From assembly GCA_022770345.1 (NCBI GenBank), contig JALEII010000023.1, positions 1-59,613 on the forward strand: a stretch of 59,613 nucleotides of DNA, written 5' to 3'. The first letter of the stretch is position 1. Every line of letters starts with the position of its first letter. The notes beneath the pieces are model-generated. The model saw nothing but the letters and a program-made list of their open reading frames with translations. It ran no database searches and was not told the DNA's origin. The position numbers were made by a program, and so were the translations under genes. Origin of the DNA: Clostridiales bacterium. GTDB lineage: Bacteria > Bacillota > Clostridia > Oscillospirales > Oscillospiraceae. Shown piece by piece: positions 36,910-46,733 of the stretch.

Positions 36910-37404
36910 TCAGATTTTTGGATGGATGCCGCCCTGCCATTTCCGGGGCAGCCGGCCCACCACCGTTTCCCGTGCGGCACAGACCTTGTCCGCCACCCAC
37001 AAAACGGCGCTCTGCTTGTTTCCGGGCCATTCTCCGCCCAGAGGGAACATGTGGGAGGCGATCATGTTCTCCTCCGTGGAATTCAGGTGAAAATCCCGCT
37101 GGGCGTTCCGAAGTGCCGCCGCTGCATGGTGGATGGCGTGAGCAGGCCGGGCAGGATCCTTAATATGCCAGTCGTAAAGAAAATAATCGTGAAGCAGCGC
37201 TCCCCGGACCAGAGAGGAAAAATCCCACTTCCCCGGCAGATGTCGTGCAATGGCCACGCACAGCACCGCCACCATGAAGGAATGCTCCAGCACGCTCACG
37301 TCCCCGTGCTGAATGAAGCCCCGTTCCCGCTTCATTCCCGGAGATGTCAAAATCCCATGGCCCAACCGGCGGACCGTCCGGGCAGAAATATCTTCCAAAT
37401 ACAA
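36910..37404 (-). CDS. HD-domain phosphohydrolase
   Basis: QHG.VSVLEHS, LLHDYFLYDWH, IASHMFP, VADK; start uncertain. Confidence 0.85.
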   Translation of the reverse strand: MYLEDISARTVRRLGHGILTSPGMKRERGFIQHGDVSVLEHSFMVAVLCVAIARHLPGKWDFSSLVRGALLHDYFLYDWHIKDPARPAHAIHHAAAALRNAQRDFHLNSTEENMIASHMFPLGGEWPGNKQSAVLWVADKVCAARETVVGRLPRKWQGGIHPKI

Positions 37405-37508
37405 GCACCGTCCTTGACTTTCGGTTTCTTTCTGTATTATAATGACCCGGTATGCGAAAAACAAGCGTATTTTGTGAATTTTTCATTTTCCCAAGGAGGG
37501 ATTTTCAT

Positions 37509-38264
37509 ATGCTCAATCAATTCTCCCGGACCCAGTTGTTGCTGGGTAAGGAGGCCATGGATGCACTCTCCGCCAGCCGGGTGGCCGTGTTCGGCATCGG
37601 CGGCGTGGGCGGCTATGTGTGCGAGGCTCTGGTCCGCAGCGGCGTTGGGGCCTTTGACCTTATTGACGACGATAAAATTTGCCTTACCAACCTGAACCGG
37701 CAGCTTATCGCCACCCGCTCCACCGTGGGCAAATACAAGGTGGACGTGATGGAGGCACGGATGAAGGACATCAACCCCAATGTGGACATCCGCACCCACA
37801 AATGCTTTTTCCTGCCGGAAAATGCCGACGAATTTCCCTTTTCCGAGTATGACTACATTGTGGACGCCGTGGATACCGTGTCCGCCAAGCTGTCCCTGGC
37901 TGTGAAAGCCCAGGAGGCCGGGGTCCCCATCATCAGCTCCATGGGTGCCGGGAACAAGCTGGACGCTACTGCTTTCCGGGTGGCGGACATTTACAAGACC
38001 AGCATGGACCCCCTGGCCCGGGTCATGCGCCGGGAGTTGAAAAAGCGGGGCGTGAAAAAACTGAAGGTGGTCTACTCCCAGGAGCAGCCCATCCGACCCG
38101 TTGAGGATATGTCCATCAGTTGCCGGACCCACTGCATCTGCCCACCGGGGGCCAAGCACAAATGCACCGAGCGCCGGGACATTCCAGGCAGCACCGCCTT
38201 TGTTCCTTCGGTGGTGGGTCTCATCATCGCCGGGGAGATTGTCCGGGACATCAGCGGGAAGTAA
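37509..38264 (+). CDS. tcdA: tRNA threonylcarbamoyladenosine dehydratase (ThiF family)
   Basis: GIGGVG, TNLNRQ, SSMGAGNK, DPLARVMR, VVYSQE, PGS..FVP. Confidence 0.92.
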   Translation: MLNQFSRTQLLLGKEAMDALSASRVAVFGIGGVGGYVCEALVRSGVGAFDLIDDDKICLTNLNRQLIATRSTVGKYKVDVMEARMKDINPNVDIRTHKCFFLPENADEFPFSEYDYIVDAVDTVSAKLSLAVKAQEAGVPIISSMGAGNKLDATAFRVADIYKTSMDPLARVMRRELKKRGVKKLKVVYSQEQPIRPVEDMSISCRTHCICPPGAKHKCTERRDIPGSTAFVPSVVGLIIAGEIVRDISGK

Positions 38265-38268
38265 CGCC

Positions 38269-39519
38269 ATGGACATGACCTTAGAGACTCTGACGGGCCT
38301 GGAGCCGGGCAGTTACACCCTGGTGGACCTGCGCCCCGCCCATGACATCGGCTACGGAAAAATCCCCGGTGCTCTGGAAATCCCCGCCGGGGAACTGGAA
38401 AAAAAGCTGCCCCGGGATGGCAAGCCGGTGGTCCTGTACTGCGCCTGGGGGCGGCTCAGCCAAGAGCCAGCGGAAAATCTGCGGGACGCCGGGTTCGATG
38501 CGTACAGCCTGAAGGGCGGCTACATGGGCTGGCTGAAAGCAGAAATGGCCAAGCAGGACGATTCCCTCTGCGCCCAGGTGGAGGAGAGCCTCCGCAAGCG
38601 GTTCCGGAAAAAGATCTGGTGCAACTTCACCAAAGCCATCCGGGAATACGAGCTGGTCCGGCCGGGGGACGTGATCGGCGTGTGCATTTCCGGCGGAAAA
38701 GATTCCATGCTCATGGCCAAACTGTTCCAGGAACTGAAAATTCACAACAAATTCCCCTTTGAAGTGAAATTTCTGGTGATGGACCCGGGGTACAGCCCGG
38801 AAAATCGCCGGGTCATTGAAGAAAATGCCCGGAAACTCCATGTGCCGGTAAAGATTTTCGAGTCCGACATTTTCGACTCCGTTTCCAACGTGTCTCACTC
38901 CCCCTGCTACCTCTGCGCCCGGATGCGCCGGGGCTATCTGTACAGCTTCGCCAAAAGCCTGGGCTGCAATAAGATTGCCCTGGGCCATCACTATGATGAT
39001 GTCATCGAGACCATCCTCATGGGAATGCTCTACGGCTCCCAAATTCAGACCATGATGCCCAAGCTGCATTCCACCAACTTCCCCGGCATGGAGCTCATCC
39101 GGCCCATGTATCTTATCCGGGAGGCGGACATCAAGACCTGGCGGGATGTGAACGGGCTGCATTTCATTCAGTGCGCCTGCAAGTTCACAGATTCCTGCAC
39201 CACCTGCGGCAACGAGGAAAATCGCTCCAAACGAGCGGAAATCAAGCAACTCATCCAGACCTTGAAAGTGAAAAATCCGGAGGTGGAGGCCCACATTTTC
39301 CGCAGCGCGGAAAATGTCAACGTGGATACGGTCATTGCCTATAAGAAGCACGGGAAGAAAATCTCGTTCCTGGAGGAGTACGACCATGCCGAGCCAGCGG
39401 AAGGAAACGGAAGCCCTCTCCCGGCTTCCGGAGGAAATACAGGAAAGCCTGGACTACCCGGAAACGAATTGGCTAAGCACTGCGGAAATCTACCGGCAGC
39501 TGGGATCGAAAAAAGCTGA
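38269..39519 (+). CDS. Rhodanese-TtcA fusion (tRNA thiolation PP-loop ATPase)
   Basis: VDLR..., YCAWGRLS, LKGG rhodanese; SGGKDS, PCYLCARMRRG, LGHHYDD, CAC. Confidence 0.88.
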   Translation: MDMTLETLTGLEPGSYTLVDLRPAHDIGYGKIPGALEIPAGELEKKLPRDGKPVVLYCAWGRLSQEPAENLRDAGFDAYSLKGGYMGWLKAEMAKQDDSLCAQVEESLRKRFRKKIWCNFTKAIREYELVRPGDVIGVCISGGKDSMLMAKLFQELKIHNKFPFEVKFLVMDPGYSPENRRVIEENARKLHVPVKIFESDIFDSVSNVSHSPCYLCARMRRGYLYSFAKSLGCNKIALGHHYDDVIETILMGMLYGSQIQTMMPKLHSTNFPGMELIRPMYLIREADIKTWRDVNGLHFIQCACKFTDSCTTCGNEENRSKRAEIKQLIQTLKVKNPEVEAHIFRSAENVNVDTVIAYKKHGKKISFLEEYDHAEPAEGNGSPLPASGGNTGKPGLPGNELAKHCGNLPAAGIEKS

Positions 39520-39567
39520 ATAAAACGCAAGGCCGCCGCAGGAAATGGCTTCCCGCGGCGGCTGTTC

Positions 39568-42483
39568 TTATTTTTTCTTTTCTTCCAACATGGCGAACAG
39601 GCTCCGCAGGCGGATGGTCACGGCGCCCATGTTGGAAATTTCGTCGATTTTGATTTGCGTGTAATCCTGTCCGGCGGATTCCAGAATGGAGCGGACCTCG
39701 TCGGTAGTAATGGCGTCCAATCCACATCCGAAGGACACCAACTGCACCAGATGCAGACCTTCCTCCGGATGCTCGGCAATGTACTTGGCAGCAGCATACA
39801 TCCGGGCGTGATAGGTCCACTGGTTGCGAACCTTTGTTGGGAATTTTTCCACGCTGCGGCTCAGGGAATCCTCCGTAATGACCACAGCCCCCAGGTCGCA
39901 GATGAGCTTGCTGATGCCGTGGTTCACTTCCGGGTCCACATGGTAGGGCCGCCCCGCCAGAACGATAATAGGCTTGCCTTTCTCCGCCGCCTTTTCCCGG
40001 AACTCCTCGCCCTTTTCCTCCACATCCTTCCGATACCGGACCAGGGCGTCATAGGCCAATTCTGTAGCCACGGCAATGCTGGTCTTGGAGAATTTCGGGA
40101 AATAATTCCGCAAAATCTCCGTAATGCGCTTCTCGAAAATCACCGGATTAGCCAGACTCACGAAGTCACAGATAAAGGGCACTTCCTTCAGTCTCGGCAC
40201 GTTCAGCTTCAACACCTGGGGATAGTAGGCCACCACGGGACAGTTGAAATGATTGACCCCCAGGCCCTCCTCCACATTGTAGCTCATGTCCGGGTAAAAA
40301 ATAGCGTCCACCTTCTGGTCCAGCAACCACTCGATGTGGCCGTGCATCAACTTGGCGGGGTAGCAAGCAGTGTCCGAAGGAATGGTATGCTGTCCGGAAG
40401 CGTACAGCCCCCGGCTGGAATCCGGGGACACCACCACATTGAAGTCCAGTGTCTGGAAGAAGGTGTACCAGAAGGGCAGCAATTCATAGAAATTCAGCCC
40501 CATGGGAATGCCAATGGTCTTTTTGTTGGGGTCCCGGTAGTTGTGCCGGTATTTTTGCAGCAGGCTGCGCTTGTACTCATACAGGTCGTAATGCTCCAAC
40601 GTATGTTCCTGCTTCAAGGGCCTGGAACAACGGTTGCCAGCAATATACCGCCGACCGCCGGAGAAGGTGTTCACCGTCAGGGAGCAGTGGTTCTGGCAGC
40701 CGCCGCAGGTCAGCTGATGGACCGTATGCTCAAATTTTTCCAGGCCCTGCCGGGTAATGAACGTGCTTTCCTTCCCGGTGTGGTCCCTGGCATACAGGGC
40801 CGCCCCGTAAGCACCCATCAGCCCCGCGAACCTGGGACGGATGACGTTGGCCCCGATCTCCTGCTCAAAGGCCCGGAGCACGCAGTCGTTCAGGAATGTG
40901 CCGCCCTGGACCACGATGTTTTTGCCCAGGGACTTGGCGTCTGCGCAGCGAATGACTTTGTACAGAGCGTTTTTCACCACACTGATGGACAGTCCCGCCG
41001 CAATATTTTCCACACTGGCCCCGTCCTTCTGGGCCTGCTTCACGGAGCTGTTCATGAACACCGTGCAGCGGCTGCCCAGGTCCACCGGCGCATCCGCAAA
41101 GAGGCCCAGCCTGGCGAATTCCTCACTGGTATAGCCCAGAGCCTGGGCAAAGGTCTGCAAAAAGGACCCGCAGCCGGAGGAGCAGGCTTCATTCAGGTAC
41201 AAGCTGTCGATGAGGCCGTTTTTGACCTGGAAGCACTTGATATCCTGGCCGCCAATGTCGATGATGAAATCCACGTCCGGGTGAAATTTCTTTGCCGCCG
41301 TATAGTGGGCCACCGTCTCCACGATGCCGTGATCTGCCGAAAAGGCGCTTTTCAGCAGGGCTTCCCCGTAACCCGTGACGGCGCTCCCGGCGATGGTCAG
41401 GTTGGGATTGTCGGCGTACAGCTTCGTGAGATATTCCCGGATGAGGCCCACCGGGTCCCCATGATTGGGGCAGTAGAAGGGCCGGAACACGTTTCCGTTT
41501 TCATCGCAAAGCAAGGCTTTTACCGTGGTGGAACCGGCGTCAATGCCCAAATACATGGTCTTTTTTGGCTCGGTCAGTTCGGCAATGCCCTCGGAGGCAG
41601 CTTTGTGCCGTGCGGCAAATTCCTCATACTCCGCCTTGGACCGGAACAGAGGCCGGGTCTTTCGGTAGTCCCCGGTAGCGACGTTCCGCTCCGCTTCGAC
41701 AAGTTCTCCCAGGTCCGATTCCTTGCCCACCCCTGCAAAGCAGGCCCCCAAAGCCACATAGTAAAGGGAGTTTTCCGGGCAAATGCCTGTTGTTTTCAGG
41801 ACCTCATCAAAGCTTTTCCGCAGCTCCGTCAGGAAACTCAGCGGTCCGCCCAGATAGAGAATCTTTCCCGTAATTTCCCGGCCCTGGGCCAGGCCCGCAA
41901 TGGTCTGGTTCACCACGGCCCGGAAAATTCCGGCGGACACATCCTCCCGTCTTGCCCCCTGATTCAGCAGTGGCTGCACGTCGGATTTTGCGAACACGCC
42001 GCACCGGGAGGCGATGGACAGCACCGTCTCGTGTCCGGCGGCCAGGTCGTTCATCTCCTCCGGCGTTACCTGCATCAAGGAGGCCATCTGGTCAATAAAT
42101 GCCCCGGTGCCGCCGGCGCAGGTGCCGTTCATCCGCATTTCAAAGCCGCCGGTCAGGAACAGAATTTTCGCATCCTCGCCGCCCAGCTCAATGACCGCAT
42201 CGGTATCCGGGTAATACCTCCCCACCGCCAGCCGCTCGGCATAGACCTCCTGGACAAAGGGCAGGCCCAGCTTCTCCGCCAAGCCCATGCCTGCCGAGCC
42301 GGACACGGTGACGGCCATGTTCTCCCCGGGGAACCGGTCCTGCAGATCACCCAGGATTTTCCGGAACACCTCGCCGATCTTGGAAGCGTGGCGCAGGTAA
42401 TCCTGTGCCAGGATTTGGTCCTGCTCATCCAGCAGCACATATTTCATTGTGGTCGAGCCCACATCCAGACCCAGACGTTTCAT
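39568..42483 (-). CDS. Acyl-CoA dehydratase activase-related protein (two BadF/BadG domains + DUF2229-like)
   Basis: GLDVGSTT and GIDAGSTT, CAGGTG, CSSGCG, CGGCQNHC, SFGCGLD. Confidence 0.9.
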   Translation of the reverse strand: MKRLGLDVGSTTMKYVLLDEQDQILAQDYLRHASKIGEVFRKILGDLQDRFPGENMAVTVSGSAGMGLAEKLGLPFVQEVYAERLAVGRYYPDTDAVIELGGEDAKILFLTGGFEMRMNGTCAGGTGAFIDQMASLMQVTPEEMNDLAAGHETVLSIASRCGVFAKSDVQPLLNQGARREDVSAGIFRAVVNQTIAGLAQGREITGKILYLGGPLSFLTELRKSFDEVLKTTGICPENSLYYVALGACFAGVGKESDLGELVEAERNVATGDYRKTRPLFRSKAEYEEFAARHKAASEGIAELTEPKKTMYLGIDAGSTTVKALLCDENGNVFRPFYCPNHGDPVGLIREYLTKLYADNPNLTIAGSAVTGYGEALLKSAFSADHGIVETVAHYTAAKKFHPDVDFIIDIGGQDIKCFQVKNGLIDSLYLNEACSSGCGSFLQTFAQALGYTSEEFARLGLFADAPVDLGSRCTVFMNSSVKQAQKDGASVENIAAGLSISVVKNALYKVIRCADAKSLGKNIVVQGGTFLNDCVLRAFEQEIGANVIRPRFAGLMGAYGAALYARDHTGKESTFITRQGLEKFEHTVHQLTCGGCQNHCSLTVNTFSGGRRYIAGNRCSRPLKQEHTLEHYDLYEYKRSLLQKYRHNYRDPNKKTIGIPMGLNFYELLPFWYTFFQTLDFNVVVSPDSSRGLYASGQHTIPSDTACYPAKLMHGHIEWLLDQKVDAIFYPDMSYNVEEGLGVNHFNCPVVAYYPQVLKLNVPRLKEVPFICDFVSLANPVIFEKRITEILRNYFPKFSKTSIAVATELAYDALVRYRKDVEEKGEEFREKAAEKGKPIIVLAGRPYHVDPEVNHGISKLICDLGAVVITEDSLSRSVEKFPTKVRNQWTYHARMYAAAKYIAEHPEEGLHLVQLVSFGCGLDAITTDEVRSILESAGQDYTQIKIDEISNMGAVTIRLRSLFAMLEEKKK

Positions 42484-43718
42484 TGCAGTCCCTCCTTTGC
42501 CATAGCCAGCATCAGCTTGATTCGATTCTCCTGGTTGACCTTGGACGCACCGGCGTCATAGTCCACCGGGAAAATATTGGCCTGGGGGTACAGTTCCCGC
42601 AGCCGTCGGATGGTTCCCTTGCCCACAATATGGTTGGGCAGGCAGCCGAAGGGCTGGGTGCAGATGATGTTGCTGTACCCCTTTTCGATGAGTTCCGCCG
42701 CCTCGCCGGGCAACAGCCAGCCCTCGCCCATTTTCACGCCCCGGTCGATGACCCGGTCCGCCAGTTTCTTCACCTTCTCGAAGGACACGGGGGCTGCAAA
42801 CTCCGGGTAGGGCTTCAATGCGTCAATAAGCCAGCCCTCCCAACCTTCGGCGATTTTTTCCAGCCGTCTTCCGGCAAAATGCTTCAGACTGCTTCCGCCA
42901 TAGTAGCGATAGTCCGTGTCCATGTTGGCAAAGCAGTACTGGAAAAAACCCAGAACACCGGGGACCATGTACTCGCAGCCCTGGGAAAGCAGGAACTTTT
43001 CCAGACCATTATTGCCGAAAGAGGAGTATTTTACATAGATTTCTCCGACAATGCCCACTTTCACCGTGTCCCGCTTCACTTTCGGGATGTCATGGAAGTC
43101 TTTGGCCATGGCGGCCAGATTCTTCTTCATAGTTCCGGCGCTGAGGCCCTCCTTCCGGCGGAACTGGTCCGTCAGGCTGGCGATCCATTTTTCCACTACC
43201 CGCCTGGTGTCCCCTTCGTTCTGCTCGTAGGGCAGGCACTGATTTTTCAGAAGCAAGAGCATATCCCCGTAAATCAGGCTCCGGATACCCGTGGCCATCA
43301 TGCCGGGGGTGATCTTGAAGCCGCTGTAATGCTCGTAGCCGCCGAAACTCAGGGAGATCACCGGCACATATTCCATGTCCATCTTTTCCAGAGCCTTCCG
43401 CAGCAGCCACAGATAGTTGGAGGCCCGGCAGCCACCGCCGGTCTGGAATTGGATAAGAGCGCATTTGTGGGGGTCAAAATCCCCGCAGGTCAGGGCATGA
43501 AGCTGCTGGCCCAGCATACAGATGGCCGGGTAGCAAACGTCATTGTGCAGGTACTTGAGGCCGGTGTTAATGACCGCCTGGCCCTCATACTTGGCGATGA
43601 CTACATTGTAGCCATACAGGCGGAACACAGCCTCCAGAAGCTTCATGTGTGTGGGGAAAATATCCGGAGCAATGATGGTGTACTCCGCTTTCATTTCTTT
43701 TGTAAAATCGACAAACAT
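42480..43718 (-). CDS. 2-hydroxyacyl-CoA dehydratase-like partner subunit
   Basis: VCYPA, QTGGGCRASNY, VGEIYVK, GEGW, QPFGCLPNH. Confidence 0.88.
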   Translation of the reverse strand: MFVDFTKEMKAEYTIIAPDIFPTHMKLLEAVFRLYGYNVVIAKYEGQAVINTGLKYLHNDVCYPAICMLGQQLHALTCGDFDPHKCALIQFQTGGGCRASNYLWLLRKALEKMDMEYVPVISLSFGGYEHYSGFKITPGMMATGIRSLIYGDMLLLLKNQCLPYEQNEGDTRRVVEKWIASLTDQFRRKEGLSAGTMKKNLAAMAKDFHDIPKVKRDTVKVGIVGEIYVKYSSFGNNGLEKFLLSQGCEYMVPGVLGFFQYCFANMDTDYRYYGGSSLKHFAGRRLEKIAEGWEGWLIDALKPYPEFAAPVSFEKVKKLADRVIDRGVKMGEGWLLPGEAAELIEKGYSNIICTQPFGCLPNHIVGKGTIRRLRELYPQANIFPVDYDAGASKVNQENRIKLMLAMAKEGLQ

Positions 43719-43782
43719 GGTATCTCTCCTAGAAGAAAATCGGCACCCCCCGCAGCCTTTTTCCGGCCTTGGGGGGAGTGTA

Positions 43783-44505
43783 TTATTTCATTTCGGGCAG
43801 GGCGGAACGGAGAATTTCCTCTACTTTCACTCCAAGCTCCCGGTCGTTGGCGTGGGCAACCGTGTCGGCATTCAGCACTGCCGCCACCCGGAAGCGCACA
43901 TAGCTCCTGCGGAAGGGGTAGTTCTTGTGAATTTTTTCCGAGCCATCCAGCGCGATCACCGCAATGGGCGCCCCGGCCCGTTTGGCGATCTTGAAAACGC
44001 CGGTATGGAAGGGCAGCAGAACGCCCCCCTTGCTGCGGGTCCCCTCCGGGTAAACGCCCATGGAGATGCCGCTTTTCAGAATGTCCGCCGCCTGATAAAT
44101 GGATCCGATGGCCTTCCGGGGGTCGCTGCGGTCAATGGACAGGCAGGAGCACCGGCGGATGAGCCGACCCATAATGGGAATATGGAAATTCCCCTCTTTC
44201 GACACAAACCCCAACGGCCGGTCCTTCAGCACATACCAGGCCAGAATGGGGTCAAAGTTGCTCCGGTGGTTGCCCACATAGAGAATGGGTGTGTCCTTGG
44301 GCAGCAATTCCAGCCCGGAAATATCCAGCTTTATCCGCATGACGGGAATGGCCAGGTTGATCCAGGTCTGAAACAGACGGCGATAAAACCGATTCTCCGA
44401 GCAGGGCTCTTCCGAGCCCACCAGCGCCGCCGCAATGGTGCTGACCAACAAAAACAGGACAATGGCTGCGCCCAGACAGCACAGCAAAAATCCCCGGATC
44501 TTCAT
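43783..44505 (-). CDS. plsC: 1-acyl-sn-glycerol-3-phosphate acyltransferase
   Basis: NHRSNFD and YPEGTRS motifs. Confidence 0.9.
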   Translation of the reverse strand: MKIRGFLLCCLGAAIVLFLLVSTIAAALVGSEEPCSENRFYRRLFQTWINLAIPVMRIKLDISGLELLPKDTPILYVGNHRSNFDPILAWYVLKDRPLGFVSKEGNFHIPIMGRLIRRCSCLSIDRSDPRKAIGSIYQAADILKSGISMGVYPEGTRSKGGVLLPFHTGVFKIAKRAGAPIAVIALDGSEKIHKNYPFRRSYVRFRVAAVLNADTVAHANDRELGVKVEEILRSALPEMK

Positions 44506-45069
44506 TCAGTCCTCCGCACGCTGATTGCGGATAATCTTCACGCTGGTCAATACGGTGCTGACGTTCAGCACGGCATCCAGGATCAGAGCTACGCCCATAA
44601 AGCGCATCATCATGTCCTGGCTCTCGCTGGGCCGGAAAATGAGCAGCACACCAAACAGAGCCGTTACGATGGCGCTGGCCAGAATCAGCCACCATAGCTG
44701 GATGCCGAAGGGCCGGGCCTCCACGGCAATCTGGATCTTCAGCAGGCCGTCCATCAGAATCAGAATGCCCAGCACCGTGGCAAAGGAAGCCAACACCTCC
44801 TGGGTCCGAATCAGCAGGCTTACGCCGATGGCCAGCATCAGGATGCCGGAGGCCAGGTCATTTTCAAAGGCCAGCCGGAACAGGTCCTTGGAAAAATAGC
44901 CCACCAACTTGATAATGCCGAACAGAATAAGGCTGATGCCACAGGCAACGCCGATGGCCTGCAGGCTGGAATTTGGATTCAGCAAAAGCTGAATCCCGAA
45001 GCCGCACAGGGCGACGGAAACGGCCAGATAGCCGATTTTTGCGATTTTCATGGGTGCGACATTACGCAT
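44506..45069 (-). CDS. HdeD/DUF308 membrane protein
   Basis: Six short TM segments in a threefold G..L...P repeat. Confidence 0.8.
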   Translation of the reverse strand: MRNVAPMKIAKIGYLAVSVALCGFGIQLLLNPNSSLQAIGVACGISLILFGIIKLVGYFSKDLFRLAFENDLASGILMLAIGVSLLIRTQEVLASFATVLGILILMDGLLKIQIAVEARPFGIQLWWLILASAIVTALFGVLLIFRPSESQDMMMRFMGVALILDAVLNVSTVLTSVKIIRNQRAED

Positions 45070-45199
45070 ATCGATCTCTCCTTTTCGGGGGACTCCCCGT
45101 TATGCTTCCTAAGTATAACGCAATTTTCCCTCCGGGAAAACGGTCATTTTTCCGAATCTGTTACAAAAATGAAGAAAACGGACGAATCCGCCCGCTTTC

Positions 45200-45991
45200 T
45201 TAAAGACAAATCAGTTTTCCGCCCGCCTGCTCCACCAATCTCCGGCAGCCCTCCAGAGTTGCCGCCTCCGTGAGCCGGTCCGGGGCATGGGCATCCACGC
45301 CAATCAGGAACGGATTGCCGTTGCCCGCCGCCATGCGGAGAAATTCTGCGTTGGGATAGTGCCGTCCCTCCCGGAAGCCGTTTCCGTTGACCTCCACGGG
45401 AAGTTTTTTTGCTTTCAGAATGTCCAGAATCTTCTGCATCCCCGCCCGGTAATAAGCGGCATCCCCGCCGAAGCGGAACAGGTCCGTGTGGGCCTGATAG
45501 AGGAACAGCCCCGTGTCCAGAGCATCGGAGACCGCCTGTACATATTCATCCACATACTCTCGGTCCGTTTGAAGGTCCGCCACGTAGGGCGTCAGTCCCT
45601 CCTCCCCGAAATAATGCTGGCCCAGGATCATATAGTCAATGGGGAATTCCCGGTAAAAATCCACAGTCTCTTGGAAAAACCGGGGCATATACTCCACTTC
45701 CAGGCCGATATAGAGTTCGATCTCTCCCCGGAATTCCGAGCGAAGGTCTTCCAGGGAAGCTACATACCCCTCCAATTCCTCCGGAGCCATGCGCATGTGG
45801 GACTCAAAGCCGTCATGCCGGATGATGGGCCCGTGGTCCGAAAATCCCAGTACCTGATACCCTCCGGCGATGGCCTGCTCCACATATTCCCTGTCCAGGC
45901 CGGAGGCATGGTGGCAACGGGTGGTGTGGGTGTGAAAATTTGACTTTTTGTCGGCGAAGTCCCAGATATTCAGACTGCAGAATTCGCTCAT
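45200..45991 (-). CDS. PHP-family histidinol-phosphatase-like protein
   Basis: HTHT..C.HA, GFSDH, GLEVE, GQH, EVN, GVDAH. Confidence 0.9.
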   Translation of the reverse strand: MSEFCSLNIWDFADKKSNFHTHTTRCHHASGLDREYVEQAIAGGYQVLGFSDHGPIIRHDGFESHMRMAPEELEGYVASLEDLRSEFRGEIELYIGLEVEYMPRFFQETVDFYREFPIDYMILGQHYFGEEGLTPYVADLQTDREYVDEYVQAVSDALDTGLFLYQAHTDLFRFGGDAAYYRAGMQKILDILKAKKLPVEVNGNGFREGRHYPNAEFLRMAAGNGNPFLIGVDAHAPDRLTEAATLEGCRRLVEQAGGKLICL

Positions 45992-46563
45992 AGAACAGCG
46001 CCTTCTTCCTCATTGCCGCACCGGGCCAGCATTTCCTCCAACATTCCCTGACGCAGATGGCACATCCGATGGAAGGATTCCAGCACGTCTTCCTTCATGC
46101 CCCGCATAAGCCAGTCGGAGATCAGGCCAAAGAACGTGGCCCGATAGAGCGTTATCAGCGTCTCCTTGTCGGCGTGGGACAGACTCCACCCCTCCCCTAC
46201 GTTGTCCATCAGGGAGCGAACCATGTAATCGCAGGCCTTGAGGAGGTTTTCTTCAAAGAGATTTCGGTCCACGGCCTTATAAATGTGCTGAATAAGCGTC
46301 TTATTGTCCAGAAGATACCGCAGAGCAACCTCCAAGCACTCCTCCGTGGAGGAAAACTTTGGGTAGTTGGTCACAAGAATATTCACCTGCTCGGAAATAA
46401 TCTCATCGATGAGGTCCGGCAGGTCCTGATAATAATAGTAAAAGGACTTGCGGTTGATGCCGCAGTTCTCCACGATGGTCTTGACGCTGATCTGATTCAG
46501 GGGTTTTTCCCGCAGCAGTTTCAGAAAAGTGAACTTGATCGCCTGTTTGGTGAAAGTCGCCAT
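45988..46563 (-). CDS. TetR family regulator (DhaS-like)
   Basis: ISVKTIVENCGINRKSFYYYYQD HTH. Confidence 0.9.
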   Translation of the reverse strand: MATFTKQAIKFTFLKLLREKPLNQISVKTIVENCGINRKSFYYYYQDLPDLIDEIISEQVNILVTNYPKFSSTEECLEVALRYLLDNKTLIQHIYKAVDRNLFEENLLKACDYMVRSLMDNVGEGWSLSHADKETLITLYRATFFGLISDWLMRGMKEDVLESFHRMCHLRQGMLEEMLARCGNEEEGAVL

Positions 46564-46733
46564 GGGTGCGCCGCCTTTCCGCCGAATATACGGTGTCATT
46601 ATAGCAGAACGGTGTCGAAAATGCAAGGTTTTCGCTGGAGGGGATTTTTGCTTGCAATGGGGGAAACAATGTAGTATAATGAGGGAACATTTGCCGTATA
46701 TGGCATGAAATTTCTCCGGGAGGTCCTGTAAAA

